Assembly (NCBI GenBank): GCA_004552725.1
Contig: SFNM01000001.1
Coordinates: 7,710 to 71,709, forward strand
DNA length: 64,000 nt
Reading direction: 5' to 3'
Source of the DNA: Bacteroidales bacterium
GTDB taxonomy: Bacteria > Bacteroidota > Bacteroidia > Bacteroidales > Muribaculaceae
Shown here: positions 48,204 through 58,400 of the stretch, piece by piece
How the letters are laid out: each line of letters opens with the position of its first letter
Numbering within the stretch: the stretch's first letter is position 1
Program-made: the position numbers and the translations under genes
The notes under the pieces: model-generated
Database searches by the model: none
Told to the model about the DNA's origin: nothing
The model's input: the letters and a program-made list of their open reading frames with translations, nothing else

Positions 48204-48206
48204 CAG

Positions 48207-49856
48207 ATGGCCGGAACAACCCGCAAATCACTCATCACACGGCTCCGCGGCTACGACACGCAGCACACGCGGGCGACCAACCGTTATGCCAACCAAATAG
48301 CAGCCATTTACAACGAGGCCGCCAAAGAGTTCGCGCAGTTAGCCGCGGGGCTAAACTTCGATCCAGACAAGCCATTCACTTTTGCCGATTATCCACAGGC
48401 CAACAAGCGCGCCGCCCAAATATTAGCCGACATGACACGCCGAGTGCGCCAAGTGGTCGAAACCGGCACCACCGCGGAATGGGCACGCGCCAACGCCCGC
48501 GCCGATGAGTATTTATTTAGCATACTTCAGCGCGGCAAGCTGACCCCGCAGGAGCTCGCCCAATATGCCGACCGCAACCTCGAAGCCCTCAAAGCATTCC
48601 AAACCCGCACCACCAACGGCCTCAACCTTAGCGACAGAGTGTGGCGCATTAACCGGCAATTCAACGGACAAATGGAATTAGCCATCGACGTAGCCCTCGG
48701 CGATGGACGCAGCGCCGCCGAACTTAGCCGCGACGTTCGCGGACTATTGAACCAGCCGGACAAACTATTTCGCCGCGTTCGCGACAAATACGGCAACCTG
48801 CAGCTCAGCCGAGCCGCCGCGCTATATCACCCCGGCCGAGGCGTTTATCGAAGCAGCGCCATGAACGCCATGCGCCTCGCCCGAACGGAGATTAACATGG
48901 CATATAAAACGGCCGACTGGCAACGATGGCAACAGCTCGATTTTGTTGTCGGCATTCGCATCAGCCTCAGCAACAACCACACCATCAAGGACAGCAAAGG
49001 CCGAGAGCGCCCGTTCGTTGATATTTGCGACGAGTTAGCGGGCGACTATCCCAAGCAATTCAAATTCACCGGCTGGCACCCGCAATGCAGGTGCTTAGTC
49101 ACCCCGATACTCCAAACGCAGGGCGAGATGCGCAAGGAACGCCGCGAAAGACTTCAGGCCATCATGGACGGCAAAGAATACCAGCGCGCGCCTTCACGGA
49201 ACAAAATTGTAGACCTCCCGCAATGCTTCAGAAACCATATAACCGCAATAGCAGAGCGAAGCGAATCATGGGCTTCACAACCGTATTACATTCGGGACAA
49301 TTTCAAGGGCGGCACAATTGCCGGCGGACTTAATGACGCTATCCCACAGACGGCAACGCAGCTAATTATAGATCCACACAAACATCCACCATACACCCAA
49401 GCTGGAGTCTTCAGTGCGCACCAAACGAACCGTGGCTCGCTTCAAATCAGTTCAAAACACGGCAAAAAGGAGAAGCGCGAGAACATATCAGTGGGGGCTT
49501 ATTTAGCCAATAAATACGGGTATAATATTTACTTGTTAGACGTCAACTCCGGAAATAAAAATGCGGATTCATACAATGAGACTTTAGGCGTTTATCAAGA
49601 ATATAAGGTAAATACAACAAGCTCAAGGTCGGCCATAGACCACCTGCTAAGAAAAGGCGCAAAACAAGCCGACCATATAGTCTTGCGTATAGAATCTAAT
49701 ATTTCACTTAAAGATTTAAGTGATGCTATAAATGACCGAGTACAACGCACCGGCATTAAAACAGTAACCGTAATAATTGATGGCAAAGACCGGACATTCA
49801 CACGTGAAGAAATTACGAGAGACAGGTTCTTAATAAATAAAGCAGACTTGCAATAA
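48207..49856 (+). CDS. MuF-family minor head protein fused to a C-terminal nuclease toxin domain (CdiA_C-like)
   Basis: RLARTE, ICD.L.G.YP and WHPQCRC MuF motifs. The AT-richer C-terminal ~130 aa carry NAD...EYK...AID..LR.G.KQAD.IVL. Confidence 0.8.
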   Translation: MAGTTRKSLITRLRGYDTQHTRATNRYANQIAAIYNEAAKEFAQLAAGLNFDPDKPFTFADYPQANKRAAQILADMTRRVRQVVETGTTAEWARANARADEYLFSILQRGKLTPQELAQYADRNLEALKAFQTRTTNGLNLSDRVWRINRQFNGQMELAIDVALGDGRSAAELSRDVRGLLNQPDKLFRRVRDKYGNLQLSRAAALYHPGRGVYRSSAMNAMRLARTEINMAYKTADWQRWQQLDFVVGIRISLSNNHTIKDSKGRERPFVDICDELAGDYPKQFKFTGWHPQCRCLVTPILQTQGEMRKERRERLQAIMDGKEYQRAPSRNKIVDLPQCFRNHITAIAERSESWASQPYYIRDNFKGGTIAGGLNDAIPQTATQLIIDPHKHPPYTQAGVFSAHQTNRGSLQISSKHGKKEKRENISVGAYLANKYGYNIYLLDVNSGNKNADSYNETLGVYQEYKVNTTSSRSAIDHLLRKGAKQADHIVLRIESNISLKDLSDAINDRVQRTGIKTVTVIIDGKDRTFTREEITRDRFLINKADLQ

Positions 49857-49904
49857 TTTACAAGTCTGCAAGGCGGGGCTCAACCCCGTTTCGGGCGTAG
49901 AACC
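49834..49904 (-). ncRNA. Candidate ~70-nt small RNA convergent with the MuF-toxin gene
   Basis: Minus-strand promoter (TTTG 49937-49940, 20 nt, TAACTTTG 49909-49916), a GC-rich structured 5' part and terminator GCAGACTTG/CAAGTCTGC-TTTATTT. Confidence 0.55.
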
Positions 49905-49952
49905 GATGCAAAGTTACAAAAAATTTTCGAACAATACAAAAAAATCAAAAAT

Positions 49953-50011
49953 TTCGATAACTCAACTCAAAAAAATATTGCAGTATTAAGATAATACACT
50001 ATATTTGCACC
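49953..50011 (+). promoter_or_regulatory. Late promoter 2 (head/tail operon)
   Basis: TTCGATAACT and CACTATATTTGCACC with spacing identical to late promoter 1. Confidence 0.65.
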
Positions 50012-50031
50012 GTAATTATAATTATAACCGC

Positions 50032-50736
50032 ATGCTTAAAATAGAAGAAATCCTCGCGCTACTTACTACCAAATTCCAAGGCGCGCGCAAAGACGGCCTC
50101 GAACAACTGGCGGCCGCTATCAGCCTACAGTGTCAGACCATCGACCAAGCCCAAGCCATCGTCGACGCCTTCAGCGAAGACGCGGTCAACGGCTTCATCA
50201 CCAACTGGCGCAAGAAGACCGACGCTGAAATCACCAAAGCCACAACCGCCCGCGAGAAGTCACTCAAAGAAAAATACGACTTCATCGAGAAGAACAAGCC
50301 CCAGGGCGAGCCGGCTGACAACGGCGCCGAACCCTCGAAGCCGGAAGGAATCACCCTCGAAGCAATCGGCAAACTCATCGAAGAGCGGATGGCGGGCGTT
50401 ATGAAGACCATCTCCGCAAAAGAGGCTGCCAAAGACTATCGCTCCACATTCGAAAAAGCTATCACCGATGCAGGCGTTAAAGGCCGCCAGCGCGACATGA
50501 TGCTCCGCAACTTTGACCGAGCAAACACATTCGCCACCCCAGAAGACTTTAACGCATACCTCGAAGAAGCAAAAGGCGACATTCAAGCCATCGCCCAAGA
50601 ACAGGCCGACACCTCCCTCGCAGGCCAAGGCAAACCCATCTACGGAGCCGTGAACGCAGATGGAGTGAGCAAAGGCGTAGCCGACTTCATCGCCGCACAG
50701 CAAGCCACCGACAAGCTCGGCGGCAAAGAAATCTAA
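50032..50736 (+). CDS. Capsid scaffolding protein (putative)
   Basis: Helical, charged ORF between MuF and the capsid genes. Confidence 0.65.
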   Translation: MLKIEEILALLTTKFQGARKDGLEQLAAAISLQCQTIDQAQAIVDAFSEDAVNGFITNWRKKTDAEITKATTAREKSLKEKYDFIEKNKPQGEPADNGAEPSKPEGITLEAIGKLIEERMAGVMKTISAKEAAKDYRSTFEKAITDAGVKGRQRDMMLRNFDRANTFATPEDFNAYLEEAKGDIQAIAQEQADTSLAGQGKPIYGAVNADGVSKGVADFIAAQQATDKLGGKEI

Positions 50737-50755
50737 CAACTTAACTATTTAGCCA

Positions 50756-51334
50756 ATGTTACAAATTACCCGCAAGCAGGACAAGCGCATCGTGCGAGCC
50801 TGTACCCATAATTTGGCCGACATCCCCAATGGCGTAACCGTAAGCGTGGCCGACCTCATCGCCGGCGGCGTTATCCCCGAAGGCGCATTTATCGGCGCCG
50901 ACTCGGCCGGCCTCTACCACCTTATCAAGACCGCCAAAATCATCGAAGCCGCAGGCTCCAGCGCCACCGACTACAAGGTGGCAAAAGGCCATCACTTCAA
51001 AGTGGGCGACTTCGTAGCACCGGATGCCGGCGCTCAATCCTACGCTATCACCGCCATCGACAGCACCACCTCCGGCGCTTACGATGTTATCACCGTAGCC
51101 ACCACCCTCGGCAAAGCGCTCAACGAAGGCGACGCATTAGTGCAAGTGGCCGCTGCCGCTTCCAAGGCCGTATTCCAGTACGCTCCCAAAGCAGTGCTCG
51201 GCGATTCCTATCCCGTGGAAGCCCTCGGCAACCACACCGCCGTGGCCGTCACCATCGGCCAATTCAAGGCCGCCCTCGCGCCCGTCAGCACCGCCGCGTT
51301 GCGCGCCGCCCTTCCCACCGTTAATTTCATTTAA
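50756..51334 (+). CDS. Head decoration/fiber protein (putative)
   Basis: Ala/Gly-rich beta-type protein directly before the major capsid gene. Confidence 0.6.
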   Translation: MLQITRKQDKRIVRACTHNLADIPNGVTVSVADLIAGGVIPEGAFIGADSAGLYHLIKTAKIIEAAGSSATDYKVAKGHHFKVGDFVAPDAGAQSYAITAIDSTTSGAYDVITVATTLGKALNEGDALVQVAAAASKAVFQYAPKAVLGDSYPVEALGNHTAVAVTIGQFKAALAPVSTAALRAALPTVNFI

Positions 51335-51356
51335 TCACCGCTAAATCGACCGCATT

Positions 51357-52451
51357 ATGATTCCAACCTTAATGAGAGGCCTCAACGAGCGCGACATGAA
51401 CGCCGTGGTCAATTCCTACGAATTGAAAGAATTTTACTACCCCACGCTCTTCCCGCTCCGCGAGAACTACACCCTCACATGGAAGACCCTCGAAGCCCAA
51501 GCCGGCCTGCGTATTGCCGCCGACCTGGTAGCCCGTGGTGCTTCCGTCGACAAAAAGACCCGCGAAGCAATCGCACGCCTTCAAGGCGACATCCCCAAAA
51601 TCTCCGTCAAGCGAGTTAAAGACGATGAAGCGCTCAACGAGTACGACATCATGCTCGCCATGACTTCGCAGAACCCCGACCTCCGCGCTATTGTAGAATT
51701 TTGGGCTGAAGACACCAACTTCTGCTGGAACGCCGTGGCCGCACGTATTGAGTGGCTCGCCCTCACCCAAATCTCCCTCGGCAAAATCCCCGTGACCGCC
51801 GACAACAACGTCAGCGTCATCACAGAATATGAAGTGGATTATCAAATCCCCGCAGAGCGCAAGCTCGGCACCGACTTGGCATGGAGCAACCCGCAGACCG
51901 CCAAACCCATCTCGGCCGACTTCAAAGCCATTTTGAAAAAAGCCAAGAAAGACGGCGTCAGCCTCAAATTCGCCTTCATGAACTCCGACACATTCGCCAA
52001 CTTTGCCGAGTGCGCCGAAGTGCAGCGCATCGCCGCCAGCTTCGCCCAGAACGCTCTCAACATACAGCAGACCCCGAGCGTGGAACAGGTAAACACCGCA
52101 CTCGCTCGCCTTCCCTACCTCAAAGGCTTGCAAATTGTGGTTATCGACCAAGACATCACCCTCGAACTCGCCGACGGCACACGCAAAACCGGCAACCCCT
52201 TTGCCGACGACGTTGTTATGTTCAGCGAATCGAAAGTTCTCGGCACCACCTTCTGGAAGAAACCGGCCGACGCCAACGTCACCGGTTCAGTATCCATCAA
52301 GGCGCAGAACGGCCACACCCTAATCAAGAAGTTCGCAGTTGAAGAACCTCTGCAGGAAGTCACCATGGGCATCGCCAATGCATTCCCCGCATGGGTGACC
52401 AGCCAACGCAGCTGGCTCCTCGATACCGCCCACACTGACTGGAGCCACTAA
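51357..52451 (+). CDS. Major capsid protein (lambda gpE-like family)
   Basis: 364 aa with LFP, G.IPKISVKR and R.EWLA motifs, expected position and strong codon bias. Confidence 0.85.
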   Translation: MIPTLMRGLNERDMNAVVNSYELKEFYYPTLFPLRENYTLTWKTLEAQAGLRIAADLVARGASVDKKTREAIARLQGDIPKISVKRVKDDEALNEYDIMLAMTSQNPDLRAIVEFWAEDTNFCWNAVAARIEWLALTQISLGKIPVTADNNVSVITEYEVDYQIPAERKLGTDLAWSNPQTAKPISADFKAILKKAKKDGVSLKFAFMNSDTFANFAECAEVQRIAASFAQNALNIQQTPSVEQVNTALARLPYLKGLQIVVIDQDITLELADGTRKTGNPFADDVVMFSESKVLGTTFWKKPADANVTGSVSIKAQNGHTLIKKFAVEEPLQEVTMGIANAFPAWVTSQRSWLLDTAHTDWSH

Positions 52452-52458
52452 TAACCCG

Positions 52459-52492
52459 CCGTGGGCGAGTTCGCGCCGCCCACGGCTTTTTT
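52459..52492 (+). terminator. Terminator after the major capsid gene
   Basis: GCCGTGGGCG...CGCCCACGGC followed by a T-run. Confidence 0.75.
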
Positions 52493-52504
52493 ACCGACTA
52501 AGTT

Positions 52505-52816
52505 ATGACCTACAAAGAATGGATGACCGCCACAGCCGCCCGCTTCGGGCTTAATGCCGCCGAAGTGGAACTGATTCTCGTTAACCAAGCCGGAGCAATT
52601 CCCGACCCGTTAGCGGAAGTTGACACCACCACGGCAAAACGCGCCCTTTGCGCCGAGTTCGCCACGCTTATCCCGTTAGCGAACGTAAGCGAAGGCGGCT
52701 ACAGCGTTAGCTGGAACTTCGAGGCCATTAAATTCTGGTATAACCAAACCTGCAGCGAGCTCGGCATCACCCCGCAGGGCAAGCCAACGGTTAAAAACCG
52801 CTCAAATTTATGGTGA
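52505..52816 (+). CDS. Head-tail adaptor (DUF6706-like)
   Basis: NVSEGGYSVSW motif, located after the capsid gene. Confidence 0.7.
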   Translation: MTYKEWMTATAARFGLNAAEVELILVNQAGAIPDPLAEVDTTTAKRALCAEFATLIPLANVSEGGYSVSWNFEAIKFWYNQTCSELGITPQGKPTVKNRSNLW

Positions 52817-53208
52817 ACATTTCCGCAGTCATCGCCGACAAATACCCGCACTTCATTTATTTTTGCGCCACTTCCGAATCGGGGCAAGACCAACACGGAG
52901 GCTGGAGAGAAAGCGAAGAGCGGTGGCAGTTAGCCGGCAAAGGCCGAGAGGAAACAGACGGCAAGGGTAACAACACCCCGGCAGCCGGCGGCACCATTAC
53001 CACATTCGCCGCTACCATCTACCTGCCGCAGGGCTTCCCACGCATACCCGAGGGAGCGCAAGTGGTAGTGGCAAATGAAGCGGTCGACACCGCCGGCATC
53101 GCCACAGCAGAGGCACGACAGGCATTAACAAGGTCGGGTGTTATTCGTATCTCCGGCATCTGCCAAAAGTTTGACCCCGGAAGGCTTCATTCGCGATTAT
53201 GGCTATAA
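52810..53208 (+). CDS. Head closure protein (putative)
   Basis: Position in the neck module and beta-rich sequence. Confidence 0.6.
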   Translation: MVNISAVIADKYPHFIYFCATSESGQDQHGGWRESEERWQLAGKGREETDGKGNNTPAAGGTITTFAATIYLPQGFPRIPEGAQVVVANEAVDTAGIATAEARQALTRSGVIRISGICQKFDPGRLHSRLWL

Positions 53209-53672
53209 CTCCCAAGTTTAACATCGCCGACATCTCGGCCAAGTTTGATGCACTTCTCGATTTCATCAACGACGAAACCGTGAAGGTGCTTCAACGAGCA
53301 GGAGAGCAGGCCGTGACCCACGCGAGAACCATCCCGCCACCAGACCAAGGCGGCCGCGGCTTCAAAGACCGCACCGCCAACCTCCGCTCCTCCATCGGCT
53401 ACGGCGTTTATTACGACGGCCAAATGATAGTGGGGCAGTGGCCGGGCAAAGCCCCGGAAGGCAAAGCCCAAGGTCGGGCATTAGCCGACAGCGCCGCCAA
53501 AGGCAAAAAAGGCTTCGCCCTAATTGTAACCGCCGGCATGTATTATGCGGTGTACGTCGAGAGCAAAGGCCGCGACGTACTCACCTCGGCAGAGCAGAAG
53601 GCGGCTCAATGGGTCAAAGACGAAATGGCAGACATCCGCAAAGCGATTTTAGAATACTGGAAAAAGTTATGA
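53199..53672 (+). CDS. HK97 gp10-like neck/tail completion protein
   Basis: DRTANLRSSIGY and AGM.YA.YVE motifs. Confidence 0.8.
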   Translation: MAITPKFNIADISAKFDALLDFINDETVKVLQRAGEQAVTHARTIPPPDQGGRGFKDRTANLRSSIGYGVYYDGQMIVGQWPGKAPEGKAQGRALADSAAKGKKGFALIVTAGMYYAVYVESKGRDVLTSAEQKAAQWVKDEMADIRKAILEYWKKL

Positions 53673-54085
53673 CACATTACAGCAGCATCGACACCGACGA
53701 CATTCTCTTCAGTCTTATCACTTCCGCCATCAGAGAGGGAGCGGTTACAATCAACGGCATCGTGTGCCCGCAGGACGACCGGCCGGACACCAGCACCACC
53801 GAAGACATCGTAATCAACACCATCGCGCTGACAGTGGAGAAGCCTCAAGACGGCACCTCAAACATCAACATTTACGTGCCGGACAAACGGGCAGTGGTAA
53901 GGGGCAAAGAGCAAAGCTCGGCCAACCGCGCCCGGCTTAAGCAAATCGGCGATGACATTCTGCGATACATCGAACAAGTCAACATTCCGGAATTAGAAAT
54001 CTGGACGGAAAGCGACACCATCATTAACGAGCCGTCAGCCGGCCAGCACTATCGCAACATTCGCATTAAATGGAGCATTCATTAA
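53669..54085 (+). CDS. Tail terminator protein (putative)
   Basis: RP...EDIVIN...NINIYVPD motif, immediately before the tail tube gene. Confidence 0.65.
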   Translation: MTHYSSIDTDDILFSLITSAIREGAVTINGIVCPQDDRPDTSTTEDIVINTIALTVEKPQDGTSNINIYVPDKRAVVRGKEQSSANRARLKQIGDDILRYIEQVNIPELEIWTESDTIINEPSAGQHYRNIRIKWSIH

Positions 54086-54098
54086 AATTCAAAAAACC

Positions 54099-54608
54099 AT
54101 GAGCAAAAATATTATTACCTTAGGCCTCTCGGCCATTTTGGGCTCTTCCACCGAACTCGCCAGCGCGGAAGGCGCATTCGTTGAAGACGGTTACACCAAC
54201 TTCGGCAAAACCTACGAAGGCACCGCCAAGCTCACCCAAGAAGACGGTGAAGAAACCGAATTTTACAGCGAAGAAAACGACGACCCCGAAGAAGTCATCA
54301 CCAAGGAGGGTAAAACCACCCTCGAGTTCGCGATTATGGATCCCAGCCTCGAAGTTATCGCCCGCCTTTTCGGCAGCGAAGTGGCTACCGACGTGTGGGC
54401 TTACCCCGACGCCGTGGCCGACAAGGAAGAATCCATCATCGTAAAACCCCGCAAAGGCCTCTCCTTCCACATCGCTCGCGGCCGCATTAAGGCCAAATTC
54501 AACGCCGCCTTCAGCAAGAAGGAAATCGTGCTTATCGAAGTAAAAGTCACCGCGCTCAAACCCACCAACTCCGGTGTGGCCAAAATGTACATCAAAAAAC
54601 TCGCATAA
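54099..54608 (+). CDS. Major tail tube protein
   Basis: 169 aa, acidic, in the expected position and followed by a terminator-like hairpin (AAATAAAGCCC...GGGCTTTATTT). Confidence 0.75.
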   Translation: MSKNIITLGLSAILGSSTELASAEGAFVEDGYTNFGKTYEGTAKLTQEDGEETEFYSEENDDPEEVITKEGKTTLEFAIMDPSLEVIARLFGSEVATDVWAYPDAVADKEESIIVKPRKGLSFHIARGRIKAKFNAAFSKKEIVLIEVKVTALKPTNSGVAKMYIKKLA

Positions 54609-54679
54609 TTGCGGGGCAACCATACACCCAAATAAAGCCCTGTGCCCCACCGCCGGGGCTTTATTTTAATTCGTAACCC

Positions 54680-55452
54680 ATGGACAAGCAAACAAAAGCA
54701 AAGGCAGAACAAGAGCGCTCCGAACTTCGCCGCATCATTAACGACGGAATCTCTTTTGAAGTTGAGGTGCGAACCGCTCGCCGCCCATCCGGTATTTTCG
54801 GACGATTCAAGCGGAAGCAGATAAGCATGCAGAAGCGGGTGTTCAAGGTAAGCGAGCCGACGCTCGCCACCCTCGACCGCCTCAGCGCCCTGTGGCTTAG
54901 CATCGACATCGACGACAGCCAACTCTCAAATGATAACTATTTGGCCGACGCCCGACGACTCGCTGCACAACATTCTCAAACCTTAGCCGAAATTGTGGCG
55001 ACCGCAGTGCTCGGGGAAGACCTCTACGACATCACCGACCGCCGCGGCGTATTCGCATACAAGCCCAACAACCGCAAGCTCGCAGAATTATCCACCACCT
55101 TTTTCCACAGCGTCAAGCCGTCCGACCTCTTCAAATTAGCCATACTTATCACCAATGCCTGCAATTTAGCGGATTTTATAGCCTCTATACGATTGATGAG
55201 CGCAACACGCACCAGCGAACCGATGACAACTCGTATAGAACCACAGGGCTAAAAAGCCCCCACGGCCGCCGCGGCTCGGTATGTGCACACTTCGGCTGGC
55301 CGTTAGACTATCTCCTCCACGGCATTCCATGGCCGACGGTGCAAAAGATGTTAGCAGACGCCCCCGGCATTGAAGACAATGACAGCAAGAGCGCCACAAT
55401 TGAACTCACCGACGACAACGCCGACGAAGTATTTAATCTATTAACTCGCTAA
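54680..55452 (+). CDS. Tail assembly chaperone (54680-55252) with a -1 frameshift extension to 55452
   Basis: G GAT TTT at 55171-55177. The -1 frame is open to TAA 55450-55452 (…GLKSPHGRRGSVCAHFGW…), just before the tape measure gene. Confidence 0.7.
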
Positions 55453-55455
55453 ATT

Positions 55456-58400
55456 ATGAACGTAACAAGCGGCGGCCTATCTTTCGACATATCCGCCAAC
55501 AACGACAAATTAAAGGCAATAGTCGAGCAGAGCATCAGTGAACTGAGCGACCTCTCCAACGCCGCCAAAACTGGGGGCAAAACCATGGAGGCCGCGCAGA
55601 ACCAGCTCGCCAAGACCATGGCCGCCCGCGCCGATGATATTAGTGCTGCACTTAGTAAAGACCGCCAAGAATTAGCCAAGCTCCAAAAGCAGATGGAGCA
55701 AGCCAAGCAGCTCACTACGATAGCATATAACAGCGGCGCCGACGCGTCAATAATTAGAGGCTACCAAGACAGAGCGATGGCGGCCGAAAAAGCAATCGCG
55801 CAAAAGAAGCAGGAAATACAGACACATCAAGAGGCCTTCTCCGTGCTCGAACAGGAGCGCCAGAACATGGAGCGCATCACCCAAGCCACTAACAACACGG
55901 CACAGGCATCCGGCTCACTACGTCAGCAGTTACGGCAAGTGCAAGAGCAGCTCGCACTATTAGAACAAACCGAAGGCGTAGGGGTGCGCCAAACCGCTAA
56001 ATTCAAGGAGCTCCAAGCCGAGGCCGGCCGCTTAGCCGACGCCATGGGCGACGCACGCACACAGACGCAAATTTTCTCCAACGATAACGCCGGTCTCCAG
56101 TCAATAGTTCAGGGCGTCGGAGGCGTGGCCGGTGCATTCAGCGCCGCGCAAGGTGCCGCCGCGCTCTTCGGCGTAGAGAATGAAGCGCTGCAAAAAACGA
56201 TGGTGCGACTACAAGCCGCCATGGCCGTAACCACCGGCCTTCAGCAGGTGGCCAATATGCTAAACAAAGACAGCTATTTTAGGCTGATTTTAGTGCGAAA
56301 AGTTACAGACTTTCTCACCGCCGCAAACTCACGCCTCGCCGTTGCCCTAGGCATCAGCACCGCCGCCGCGGCCGCTTTAATGGCCACCCTTACGCTCGGG
56401 CTATCCGTAGCCATTACCGCATTAGTATCGTGGCTTAGCAAGGGCAGTGAGGAGACCAAAGAACTCGGCAAGCAGACCGAAGCCACCAAAAAAGCATTTA
56501 AAGACTTCTATCGCTCCACCGCTTCAAAAAGTGCCGATTTAGTGAGCAAATACCAGCAGCTCCGCAACGAGTACAGCAAGCTAAAAACCGACAGCGAACG
56601 AACCGAGTGGATAAAGGCCAACGCTTCGGCATTCGATGCCCTTCAGCTTTCAGTGTCCAACGTCACCGACGCTGACAACATCTTCGTTAAGAACACCGAC
56701 AAAGTGGTTAAAGCCCTCGAACTCCGCGCCAAGGCTTTAGCGCTGCAAACGCTTCAAACGCAGGCTTACGAAGAATATTACAACAGGATAATCGCCGCAG
56801 ACAACAGCGTGGCCGGAGGCGGATATTATAAAAGTGCTAATACAAATTACACTCCGACAATTCCGGAAATAAGTCAAGCAGGATTAGTGGCCGGAGTAGA
56901 TTATCAAGAAATTGTTACACGATCAGGAAATGAAATTTATAGAACCGCCGGTCACCTTTACCAATCCGGCGTCGACAAGTTAAACGCCTACAGAGCACGG
57001 AAGGCTACCGAGACCAACGCCCAAATCCGCAAAGACGCAGAAAACAATCTCAACAAAACCATCGACTACACAGCCAAGGAAATGGAGAAGCTCCAGCAAC
57101 AGCTCGACAGCCTCGGCGTGCTAACCCCCGGAGTTAACAACAAGGGTGGGGGATCAGATAGCACCACGCCGCAGAGCGAAACAGAGCTGTATGCCGCCGA
57201 GATTCAGAAGCGAAAGAGTCTTTACCAGCAATATATGAGCTGGATGACCTCCGGCGATGCCACGCTACAGCAAGCCGCCGCACAGCAATTTGCCCCGCTG
57301 TTAGAGCAGGGCGCCTCCTATTTGGAATTTCTTCAAGGGCAAGCCGCCGAGTTAGAGAAACTCCCGGAGACCGCAGCCACAAAGCAGAACCTCGAGCTGG
57401 TACGCAACGAAATCGCCGCCGCCACCGCCGGCCAAGCTATCGACCAATTCCGCGCAGAGTTACAAGCCGACCTCGCCACCTGCCAGACCCTCGGCCAGCA
57501 GTTAGACATCATCGAACAGCGCCGCCAAGTTCTCGCCGACGACACCACCGAAGTGGGCAATACAAAGCGCGGCATCCTCGACGAGCAGCAAGCCGCCACC
57601 CAGCAAGCTATCGCCACCGAGACCTACGAACTAATCCAGCAATATGCCGGCTATGAGCAGCAGCGTTATGAGTTCGCCCAAAGCTACGCCCGCCGCCGCG
57701 AGCTTTTAGAGCGCGCCGTGGCCACAGCAACCACCGACCAGCAAAGAGCAGTGGCGCAAGCCGCGCTCGACAACCTAAACAAGGAGAACGAGCAGTGGCA
57801 AGCCGGCACGTCCGAACTATATGGCCAGCTAAAGGCAAAATATCAGACCTATGAGCAACAGCTCGCCGACATCCAAGCCCGCTATGCGGCCGAAAGAGCA
57901 GAAGCGCAGGCCAACAACGACACTGGCATGTTAGCTATCATCAACCAAAGAGAGCAGGAAGAAATCAGCAAGCTCGCCGCCAACCAATTGATGGCGAGCG
58001 AGAGCTGGACGCAGTTATTCGGCAATCTCTCGAGGCTGAGCACCTCCACAATAACCAAGCTCATCAACGACATCGAAGCCAACATTATAACGCTTTCGGC
58101 ACAGCTTAGCCCAACCGACATGCAGGCCATTATGCAGCAGCTCAACAACGCCAAGAACGAAGTGCAGAAGCGCAACCCGTTCATCGCTCTGCGCGATAGC
58201 CTCCGGGCACTTCGCAAGGATGCCGGCACTGACGGAGCCGGCACCGGTGCAGCGTTGAAGCCGGTATTCGAGAGCCTCGCCGGAAGCATCGCATTCGTCC
58301 GCCAGAGCATCGACAGCGTCACCAACGGCCTCAAAACTATGGGCATAAAGATGGACGATGAAACTGCCGCCATTCTTTCCAATCTCAACGGAGTAATGAC

